Positions 26,061 through 32,540 of a DNA stretch of 35,042 nucleotides are shown in pieces. Position numbers and translations under genes: made by a program. The number at the start of each line of letters is the position of its first letter. Positions within the stretch are counted from its first letter, which is position 1. The stretch comes from Patescibacteria group bacterium (GTDB lineage: Bacteria; Patescibacteriota; Saccharimonadia; Saccharimonadales; CAIOMD01), in NCBI GenBank assembly GCA_030917025.1, contig JAUPVN010000072.1, forward strand, positions 1-35,042, read 5' to 3'. Under the pieces are notes generated by a model. That model was not told the origin of the DNA and made no database searches. It saw only the letters and a program-made list of their open reading frames with translations.

Positions 26061-26747
26061 ATGAAGAAGAAAACCAATAAGAACAACATCGTTATAGTGG
26101 CAACTGTCGCAATCGTGGCTATTGCAGGAGTCAGTGTCTACGCAATTAGTAACAATGACGATGGGATGATGGGCAACAACAATATGATGGGTGAAAACTC
26201 GTCACAGCAAGTAAGTTCAAGCAGTCTAGTAGACAAAAACTCGGCTGATTACAAAATGTACAGCGAACTTACTGGTGACGACTATGACCGTATGTTTATC
26301 GCCAATATGATTGAGCACCACAAGGGTGCGGTTGATATGGCAAAGTTAGCAAAGACTAACGCAAAGCACCAAGAACTAAAAGACATGGCTGATGATATAA
26401 TTTCAGCTCAAACCAAAGAAATTACCGATATGGAAAGCTGGCAAACAGCTTGGAGTTACCCATCAAGTAGCGGAGAAATGATGATGGATCATTCAGCTAT
26501 GGGAATGATGGCAGATATGGGACAAATGACTGAAGAGCTAAAAGGACTTACCGGCGATGCGTTTGATAAAGCTTTCCTAGCTTCAATGATAGAACACCAC
26601 CAATCAGCAATAAATATGTCATATCCTGGTCAGACAAACGCAAAGCATGACGAAGTAAAAACATTAACAAAAGCTATTGTAGCTGCTCAGAGTAGTGAAA
26701 TTGCACAGATGAAACAATGGCAAAAAGACTGGGGCTACGCAAACTAG
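26061..26747 (+). CDS. DUF305 family protein (two tandem four-helix repeats), membrane-anchored or exported
   Basis: The motif appears twice: FIANMIEHHKGAVDMAK and FLASMIEHHQSAINM. Each is followed by ...II(V)SAQ..EI..M..W. An N-terminal TM or signal segment is present. Confidence 0.8.
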   Translation: MKKKTNKNNIVIVATVAIVAIAGVSVYAISNNDDGMMGNNNMMGENSSQQVSSSSLVDKNSADYKMYSELTGDDYDRMFIANMIEHHKGAVDMAKLAKTNAKHQELKDMADDIISAQTKEITDMESWQTAWSYPSSSGEMMMDHSAMGMMADMGQMTEELKGLTGDAFDKAFLASMIEHHQSAINMSYPGQTNAKHDEVKTLTKAIVAAQSSEIAQMKQWQKDWGYAN

Positions 26748-26812
26748 AACACAGATTCTATAAGTGTATATATCATAGAAATATTAAATATTAATAAACA
26801 CTCGGAGAATAT

Positions 26813-27433
26813 ATGAAAACCCCAGAACTTAGAAGGCCAAATAAAGCCGTAATAGGCATTACGGGCATATTGATTGGTATGTTGGTAATATTGGGCATAA
26901 GATTTGTGTCTTATGAACCACCAAAAGATGTACACTATCATGCCAACTTTGCTGTCTATGTTGATGGCAAGCAAGAGCAGTTTAGTAACCCATTACTTTA
27001 CGAAGAAATTTCTGAATGTAGCATAAGTACTGAAGAGAAACCAGGTGAACGTGCACATTTACATGAAAATATTAAAGATGTAGTTCATGTGGAAGATAGC
27101 GCAGTAACTTGGGGAAATTTTTTCCAGAACATAAATTGGAATGTCAGTGACAAGTATTTAGATACTTCTGACGTACTGTTAGTTAACAACGACACAAAAA
27201 AAGTGACCTATATATTAAACGGTGAAGAAGTCAGCAATATAACTAACAAAGTTATTGGAGATAAAGATAGGTTGTTAGTAAGTTACGGTTCGTCGACAAA
27301 AGACGAGTTGAGTAAACAGTTTGATACAGTTGCTACGACTGCAGAAAAGTACAATATTACAAAAGACCCAGCATCATGCAGCGGTGGTCATAGCGAAGAC
27401 AGCATAAAAGACAGGTTGAAGCATTTGTTTTAA
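26813..27433 (+). CDS. Membrane-anchored extracytoplasmic protein with HxH motifs, function unknown
   Basis: An N-terminal TM segment (VIGITGILIGMLVILGI) is followed by HYHANFAVYVDG and AHLHEN..VVHVED. I recognise the pattern from uncharacterised proteins near metal or Dsb genes but cannot name a family. Confidence 0.45.
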   Translation: MKTPELRRPNKAVIGITGILIGMLVILGIRFVSYEPPKDVHYHANFAVYVDGKQEQFSNPLLYEEISECSISTEEKPGERAHLHENIKDVVHVEDSAVTWGNFFQNINWNVSDKYLDTSDVLLVNNDTKKVTYILNGEEVSNITNKVIGDKDRLLVSYGSSTKDELSKQFDTVATTAEKYNITKDPASCSGGHSEDSIKDRLKHLF

Positions 27434-27467
27434 TAATAACTATAGTTAAAAGAAGTAATCCAAGAGT

Positions 27468-28751
27468 CTATCTATAGAACTCTAGTTCGCCATCCTTTAT
27501 TTGCAACATAGGACCCATGTTTGATGCTAAGAATGTTCTCTCACTATCCGTGCCGTCAGCAAGTACATATCGAGCATACTCAATGAATGGATTATCTAGT
27601 TTTTGATCGATTTTGTAGTGAGTAAGTATAGTTTTAGTTGTATAGAAGTGTTTGTCGACCCTTGCTCTAAGTTTTTCGGTTATTTTTATGTCCTCGTGAT
27701 GTTTCTCAATAAAACCCTGCATCAATTCACAAAGTCTTTCTTCATTCACATATTTCTCGGCACAGTTTGGGTCTTTACGTCTTGTGCAGTTGTAGTATAC
27801 GAATCTTTTTACGTCACCATTTTTTAGCGTCTTGAATTTGTCTTGTGCTGTGATATCTGCAGTACACCGTCCACACTTCAATAGTCCTCGGAAGGCGAAT
27901 GTCTTTGACCCCCACACACCCTTGTTTACACCTCTCGTTTCTTGCACTAGATCGAATAGCTCTTTAGATATAAGTGGTTTATGAGCACCTGTATACCATG
28001 GTGCATCAGGTGCTTCGGGATATTGAAATTTACCGTAGTAAAAGGACGTGCCGAGAATCACTAGTATTTGGCTCACACTAATTGGTTTGCCCGAACGGTT
28101 GGTGAAGCCTTGCTCATCAAGCCATGCTTTTATCCTGCGACCGCTCCAACGCTCATACCCAGCTTTTTGAAAAGCTTCGATAATTAGTTCCGATCTATCA
28201 GGGTCGAGGATTATGTCGTTAACACCTGCGAATGCTCGATTCATGTATCCAAGTGGTGCAACGCCTGGTCGCCAACCCATCTCGCATTTGTTTCTAATGC
28301 CTCGTTTGACGTTAATACTTTTGTTATCATTCTCAAGTTTGGCTTGCGAACAAAGAATCATTAGCAAGAACTTCTCATTCGGGTTATTTGTGAACGTCTG
28401 CGAGTAAGTACGGATATGTAGTAGCTTGCCTTGATCCATGAGGTCAACAACCGATCCAAGGTCGCCAGCATTCCTACTCAGTCGATCGGGTGCCCATGTG
28501 AGGACGGCATTATATTCTTCGCTTGCTAAGCCCTTAAGTAATTTGTTGTATACGGGTCTTTTGCCAGAATCTTTAGCAGAGTGACTCTCCTGAAGCTCGC
28601 AGACTATCTGCAACCCTTCACTTTCGGCTAGTGCTCTCATTTCGTTAAGTTGTGAGTCAATCGACATTGCCTGACGCTCGTCGCTCTCAGAGCTTTTACG
28701 AGCATACAGGCAATATCTTAATGTCGGTTGACTGTCCAGCATGGCAAGCAC
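27468..28751 (-). CDS. Large serine recombinase (resolvase catalytic domain, recombinase domain, zinc ribbon)
   Basis: The N-terminus YCLYARKSSESDERQAMSIDSQ carries the catalytic-Ser context. DRLSRN is present. The C-terminal CGRC...YYNCTRRKDPNC forms a Zn ribbon, and a coiled-coil-like tail follows. The start is GTG at 28751 or ATG at 28742. Confidence 0.88.
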   Translation of the reverse strand: MLAMLDSQPTLRYCLYARKSSESDERQAMSIDSQLNEMRALAESEGLQIVCELQESHSAKDSGKRPVYNKLLKGLASEEYNAVLTWAPDRLSRNAGDLGSVVDLMDQGKLLHIRTYSQTFTNNPNEKFLLMILCSQAKLENDNKSINVKRGIRNKCEMGWRPGVAPLGYMNRAFAGVNDIILDPDRSELIIEAFQKAGYERWSGRRIKAWLDEQGFTNRSGKPISVSQILVILGTSFYYGKFQYPEAPDAPWYTGAHKPLISKELFDLVQETRGVNKGVWGSKTFAFRGLLKCGRCTADITAQDKFKTLKNGDVKRFVYYNCTRRKDPNCAEKYVNEERLCELMQGFIEKHHEDIKITEKLRARVDKHFYTTKTILTHYKIDQKLDNPFIEYARYVLADGTDSERTFLASNMGPMLQIKDGELEFYR

Positions 28752-28790
28752 AACAGTACCGCTGCACCCCAGTTAAGTCTAGTCTATTAT

Positions 28791-29120
28791 CTAAAGATAT
28801 TTAGGGAAAACACGCGTAAAACTATCGGCTGTTTCGACCAACCATTTGATTAGGTCTTTAGAATCGCTTTCGTCTAGAAAATCACCATCATGCGTAACGA
28901 TAATACGACTTGCTTTGCGTTCTGGTAATTCTTGCCAGTCCAAAGTAAACCCGAGTTTGGTTTCAATATCCTCTTTTTTAGAGAATAACTTATGAAATAG
29001 GTCTTTGTTATCGGGAATATAAAGTTCCATTGCTACTTGTTGTTCTTTTGAATTCAAAGTAGCACTGAGGTGAGCCTGTGATGATCCTACTCTAATGTTC
29101 TGCCAATGTTGGGGAGCCAA
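28791..29120 (-). pseudogene. DUF4268-domain gene, probably 5'-truncated
   Basis: The C-terminal pattern ELYIPDNKDLFHKLFSKKEDIETKLGFTLDWQELPERKASRIIV matches DUF4268. The ORF opens with a non-ATG codon (TTG) directly after a hairpin. The usual N-terminal roughly 35 aa are missing. Confidence 0.4.
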
Positions 29121-29135
29121 GCTGGAATAGACGAA

Positions 29136-29167
29136 GTCAGAACTGTGAAAATGGTTCTGACTTTTTG
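29136..29167. terminator. 9-bp stem hairpin with a T-run on the plus strand (orientation and function uncertain)
   Basis: AGTCAGAAC, 10-nt loop, GTTCTGACT, then TTTT on the plus strand. It lies between the permease stop (29222) and the DUF4268 fragment. No plus-strand gene ends nearby. Confidence 0.35.
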
Positions 29168-29221
29168 TATACCCAGAATAGAAATGAAACCGTCTATTTA
29201 ATATGTGAACAGTGTTGATTG

Positions 29222-30202
29222 CTAGAACAGGAAGTTAATAATCCAGCCGATGATAATTATTCCTGTTGTAACCACTCCAAAATACATTGCAAGTAGCTTT
29301 AAGCTCATAACTTTTTTAAGTATCAACGCTTCGGGCAAAGACAAGCCAACGGTCGCCATCATAAAGACTAGTGCGGTGCCAATAGGTACGCCCTTGATAA
29401 CCAGTGCTTGCATGATAGGAATCACACCTACGGCGTTGGAATAGAGCGGTACAGCCACGATGGTGGCAATGGGTACTGTCCACCATGCACCGTTACTAAG
29501 TGTGTTTTCAAAAAAGTCTTGTGGTACATAACCGTGTATTGCTGCACCAATGGCTATACCGATAAGTACATAAGGAATCAATTTTTTGGTTAGCTGCAAT
29601 CCTTCTGACCACCACAACTTCATAAGCTCTCTTTTAGGTTGCTTAACAACAGCACCACCCATGCCTGTTCTAACGTGCTTGCTTATTTCTAAGATGTCGG
29701 GGCTAATGTGTTTTTTAACGTTTATTCTGCTTAATACAAGTCCACCAATAACTCCAACTGTCATGGCAGCAAGAACATAGTAAATCGTTAGCTTAAAACC
29801 AAAGAGCCCAATAAATAATGCTATCGCAGCTTCATTGATGAGCGGAGACGTTATTAGGAAAGTGAATGTAACGCCAATAGGTATGCCAGCACCTAAAAAG
29901 CCTACGAATAATGGGATTGATGAGCACGAGCAGAACGGTGTAATTGCCCCAAACATAGCGGCTAGAATGTAATCTAGCCCATACCATTTTCGTTTCTGCA
30001 AAAAGTCACGTATTTTTTCTAGCGGCAAATAGTAGCGGATCATAGCCATCAAGTAGTTGATGACAAGTAGTAGCAAGAGAATCTTTAGGCTGTCATAGAT
30101 AAAGAAATTCAAAGCATCGGCTATTTTAGAGCCGTGTTCGAGTGAAAGCAGATTGTATATAACCCAGTCAGCAAAAGCTTGCAAGGGCTGAAAGATACTC
30201 AT
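29222..30202 (-). CDS. UPF0718/ArsP-type permease (predicted permease with CxC motif)
   Basis: The 326-aa ORF has about 8-10 TM helices and the motif FCSCSSIPLF characteristic of the PF03773-type permeases. It has the usual gene neighbourhood of ArsR plus a small redox-active thioredoxin-like protein. Confidence 0.78.
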   Translation of the reverse strand: MSIFQPLQAFADWVIYNLLSLEHGSKIADALNFFIYDSLKILLLLLVINYLMAMIRYYLPLEKIRDFLQKRKWYGLDYILAAMFGAITPFCSCSSIPLFVGFLGAGIPIGVTFTFLITSPLINEAAIALFIGLFGFKLTIYYVLAAMTVGVIGGLVLSRINVKKHISPDILEISKHVRTGMGGAVVKQPKRELMKLWWSEGLQLTKKLIPYVLIGIAIGAAIHGYVPQDFFENTLSNGAWWTVPIATIVAVPLYSNAVGVIPIMQALVIKGVPIGTALVFMMATVGLSLPEALILKKVMSLKLLAMYFGVVTTGIIIIGWIINFLF

Positions 30203-30225
30203 AGTGTTAATTTTCGGTTAGCTTA

Positions 30226-30480
30226 TTATTTATTTGCTGTCTCAAGAATCAGGTTCTTAATCTTCTGTGTACTAGGGCTGTAGCCAACCATAGCAATCTT
30301 GCCATCAACAACTAATGCTGGTGACTGCATTAAGCCTAGCTCTAATAAACGCTTCATACCGTCTTGATTGGTGATGTAGATTACTTCGGCACTTTCGCCA
30401 ATTTCAGCAGCAGCTACTCGCGTTATCTTGTGTAGCTGTTGGCATGTTGCACATCCCGTTCCTACAACTTCGATTTTCAT
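30226..30480 (-). CDS. Small thioredoxin-fold protein (redox-active disulfide protein 2 type)
   Basis: The 84-aa ORF starts MKIEVVGTGCATCQ, which carries a CxxC motif. An AAGGAG Shine-Dalgarno lies upstream. Confidence 0.8.
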   Translation of the reverse strand: MKIEVVGTGCATCQQLHKITRVAAAEIGESAEVIYITNQDGMKRLLELGLMQSPALVVDGKIAMVGYSPSTQKIKNLILETANK

Positions 30481-30814
30481 CTTGGTTCTCCTTTTTATTA
30501 GTTAACGAAAAAATAATATCCGTGACATATTTACCTTGTTCACTCAAAGCATAGTGCGTCTTAAGCCCTCGCTTTTCTGCAACTACTAAGTCGGCTTGCT
30601 TTAGGTCGGCAAGGTGATGGGAAATAAGGCTTTGGGATAGGTCGGTGGCGTGTTCTTCGAATTCACATACACAATGCTCGCCACCATCACGAAGTATGCA
30701 AAGTAAGCGTAATCGATTCTGTTCAGCCACTATTTTAAGCAAGCCCGAAAGATCTTGGATGTCTTTGGAGGCAGTAGAGGTATTATCGCAACAACTATAT
30801 GAACGCATATTCAT
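30404..30814 (-). CDS. arsR: ArsR/SmtB-family metalloregulator with an unusual 3' extension overlapping the next gene by 77 nt
   Basis: The winged HTH has LLCILRDGGEHCVCEF (CVC in helix alpha3) and SQSLISHHLADL. A Cys pair is present at the N-terminus (SYSCCD). The ORF continues past the usual end into the thioredoxin-like gene. Confidence 0.82.
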   Translation of the reverse strand: MNMRSYSCCDNTSTASKDIQDLSGLLKIVAEQNRLRLLCILRDGGEHCVCEFEEHATDLSQSLISHHLADLKQADLVVAEKRGLKTHYALSEQGKYVTDIIFSLTNKKENQDENRSCRNGMCNMPTATQDNASSCC

Positions 30815-30900
30815 ATATTACGCTTTGCTGATGTATTGTCAACTAATTGACTGCTAAATCTTGCTTTATTGCGGTTATGACATCCTCTATCGTTGTGAGC

Positions 30901-30939
30901 CAAGCATAAGCACTTTGTGAAAGCAAAGTGTTTTTGTTT
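30901..30939. repeat. Roughly 38-nt repeated element, copy A (contains CACTTTG-N6-CAAAGTG followed by T5)
   Basis: CAAGCATAAGCACTTTGTGAAAGCAAAGTGTTTTTGTTT, to be compared with copy B at 31362-31399. It lies in the arsR/30956 divergent intergenic region, 17 nt before an ATG. Confidence 0.7.
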
Positions 30940-30955
30940 GTGAGACAATGAGGCT

Positions 30956-31327
30956 ATGCAAGTTTTAGGTATCGCGCTATCTTTGTTTCTTCTGTTTTTT
31001 GCCATATTTCAATTACTTTTGGTTATGGGAGCGCCTTACGGCGAAGCTGCTTGGGGGGGACGGCAAGGAAAAATATTGCCTAGAAACTATCGCATCGCAA
31101 GTGCATTTTCTTGTTTATTCTTTATCATTTCGATTTTAGTAGTTTTATCAGCGACGGGGATAATTAATTTGTTTAGGTCGTCATTTGTAGGTGGCTACAT
31201 GTGGTTTTTAACTGTTTATCTAGGCTTAGGAATTATTATGAATGCAATCTCTAGAAGCAAAATAGAAAGATATTGGGCACCAGTTATAGCTGTAATGTTT
31301 ATTCTTTGCCTTATGATATTGCTTTAA
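30956..31327 (+). CDS. Small polytopic membrane protein, function unknown
   Basis: The 123-aa ORF has four hydrophobic helices. No family was recognised. Confidence 0.5.
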   Translation: MQVLGIALSLFLLFFAIFQLLLVMGAPYGEAAWGGRQGKILPRNYRIASAFSCLFFIISILVVLSATGIINLFRSSFVGGYMWFLTVYLGLGIIMNAISRSKIERYWAPVIAVMFILCLMILL

Positions 31328-31361
31328 TTATTTAATTTGCATCATGCCCACAATTGCTAGT

Positions 31362-31399
31362 CAAGCATAATCACTTTGTAGCAGAGTGTTTTTTGTTTT
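31362..31399. repeat. Roughly 38-nt repeated element, copy B
   Basis: CAAGCATAATCACTTTGTAGCAGAGTGTTTTTTGTTTT. It is followed by TATAAT (31405-31410) and the NUDIX ATG at 31417. Confidence 0.7.
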
Positions 31400-31416
31400 C
31401 GGGGTATAATTATATT

Positions 31417-31869
31417 ATGAGAACTATACATCGCGATATTGCTGGTGGTTTTATATTTTCTAAAGATGGAAAGTTACTGTTAGGTAAGAACCGAAAAGGT
31501 GGGGTGTACGAGGGCTCATTTGTAGTGCCAGGTGGCGGAGTAGATGATGGTGAAACTAAAGAGGCCGCGCTTAGACGCGAAATGCTTGAGGAAACGGGTA
31601 TAGATACAAACACTGCTACTGTAACGCCACTTTATCAATCATCGGGCGAACACGAAAAAACACTTAGAGATACTGGCGAGCGAGTGTCTGTAAAAATGAA
31701 ATTTTACAACTATCGTATTGATCTTAGCCTAAATGCCGATGAAGTTGTTATAAAAACTGAGGACGATTGGTATCAGTCACGCTGGTTTTTGATTGAGGAG
31801 CTAAAAAATGCAAATTTAAGTGAGCCAACTCGTAATACTCTGGTTGAAACGGGGATTATAAAAGAGTAG
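31417..31869 (+). CDS. NUDIX hydrolase
   Basis: The Nudix box is GGGVDDGETKEAALRREMLEETGI (GX5EX7REUXEEXGU). I take the start as MRTIHRD at 31417. The ORF-track start at 31354 would include the repeat and promoter-like sequence. Confidence 0.85.
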   Translation: MRTIHRDIAGGFIFSKDGKLLLGKNRKGGVYEGSFVVPGGGVDDGETKEAALRREMLEETGIDTNTATVTPLYQSSGEHEKTLRDTGERVSVKMKFYNYRIDLSLNADEVVIKTEDDWYQSRWFLIEELKNANLSEPTRNTLVETGIIKE

Positions 31870-32124
31870 TTGTTGGCTACATATCGCCAAACGTACAATC
31901 CTCAAACTGCTCTTTAGTAGTTTGTAATGTTTCATCTAGGAGGATATATGATTACATATGTGACCCATATGTCTGTTATGTATTAACGCTACTGTACTTT
32001 TGCTATAATTGTATTGTTAGTAAGCCCAGACGCATAAAATAACTTCTTAGTCTCAAGAAACAATTATTATCTGGTTAACAATCAATTAGAGACTAACTTT
32101 ATTACTAAATAAGGAGTCAAAACT

Positions 32125-32283
32125 ATGTCACAAATGCCAAAAGAAGAGCAGACACAGTGGTACGAAAGAACGCATAAGCATTGGCGTTCTTGGGGATCTT
32201 GGTTTAGCTGGGGTTCACCAGTTGGGCTAGGACTATTTTTGCTTGCTATTGCAGGCGCAGTCTGGATTATTGCTCAGATATAA
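32125..32283 (+). CDS. Unlisted 52-aa Trp-rich single-pass membrane protein
   Basis: Hand translation gives MSQMPKEEQTQWYERTHKHWRSWGSWFSWGSPVGLGLFLLAIAGAVWIIAQI*. A strong AAGGAG Shine-Dalgarno (32111-32116) lies 8 nt upstream of the ATG. A convincing terminator follows immediately. Confidence 0.55.
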   Translation: MSQMPKEEQTQWYERTHKHWRSWGSWFSWGSPVGLGLFLLAIAGAVWIIAQI

Positions 32284-32290
32284 AGCAATA

Positions 32291-32334
32291 AGTAGTGCAT
32301 AATATAAATTAAAATCTGTTATGCACTACTTTTA
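32291..32334 (+). terminator. Rho-independent terminator
   Basis: A perfect 12-bp stem, AGTAGTGCATAA (32291-32302) / TTATGCACTACT (32319-32330), with a 16-nt loop, followed by TTTT. Confidence 0.6.
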
Positions 32335-32354
32335 AGAGTTTTTGTTAAATATTG

Positions 32355-32384
32355 TTGACATGATATTAGTAGGTTTGATAAATT
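32355..32384 (+). promoter_or_regulatory. Candidate sigma70 promoter
   Basis: TTGACA (32355-32360), a 17-18 nt spacer, then ATAAAT or TAAATT (32378-32384). Confidence 0.35.
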
Positions 32385-32391
32385 ATAAATT

Positions 32392-32540
32392 AGGAAGATC
32401 AAGTGAAACAGCACATTAATATGTAGCCAAGCAAGTTTGATAGTTCGAGTAAGGTTATTTAGTTAGTAGGCTACATCTGTGGGTGCAAATCTTCCTTAGG
32501 TTCTAAAATAGAGGCACATTTAGTGCCTCTATTTGCTATT
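32392..32540 (+). ncRNA. Candidate structured RNA (sRNA or cis-regulatory 5' leader): long three-tier hairpin plus terminator-like hairpin
   Basis: Three stacked pairings are visible. The outer is AGGAAGAT (32392-32399) with ATCTTCCT (32489-32496). The middle is GCAC (32411-32414) with GTGC (32483-32486). The inner is ATGTAGCC (32421-32428) with GGCTACAT (32469-32476). An 11-bp hairpin follows: AATAGAGGCAC (32507-32517) with GTGCCTCTATT (32523-32533), then a T-rich stretch. I recognise no known riboswitch consensus. Confidence 0.3.

Larger units (their letters stand above)
23090..32340. mobile_element. Putative horizontally acquired mosaic island (metal resistance, serine recombinase, ArsR module) abutting the tRNA-Asn 3' end; right boundary approximate
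   Basis: GC content steps up sharply right after the tRNA and falls back to AT-rich sequence around 32340-32470. The region contains a large serine recombinase, a truncated gene, direct repeats and a tRNA-3'-like fragment at the left end. The cargo (csoR, copB, DUF305, arsR operon) is typical of mobile metal-resistance modules. Confidence 0.5.

Noticed and set aside
26052-26817. An identical 14-mer, GGAGAATATATGAA, occurs at the starts of two neighbouring genes.
   Set aside because: It consists of the Shine-Dalgarno, spacer and start codon plus a Lys codon. It most likely reflects a shared translation-initiation context and is not a separate repeat element. It is noted within the accessory-gene finding only.
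30811-31005. A 64-aa minus-strand ORF spanning the arsR upstream region and the start of the 30956 gene.
   Set aside because: It overlaps the divergent promoter and repeat region and the 5' end of a membrane-protein gene. Its basic low-complexity product has no motif.
31948-31986. A 12-codon mini-ORF (MITYVTHMSVMY) preceded by a perfect AGGAGG, embedded in repeated CATATG motifs. It could be a leader peptide.
   Set aside because: The Shine-Dalgarno spacing is short (4 nt). It lies upstream of, not downstream of, the best promoter candidate for the next ORF. No alternative terminator/antiterminator pairing is evident. It is too short to evaluate by eye.
32443-32452. The 8-mer GTTCGAGT, identical to the tRNA-Asn T-loop region, occurs near the island's right edge. 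It could be the displaced half of an att site.
   Set aside because: The similarity does not extend beyond 8 nt. The following bases cannot pair with the tRNA 5' acceptor strand. A chance match is likely.
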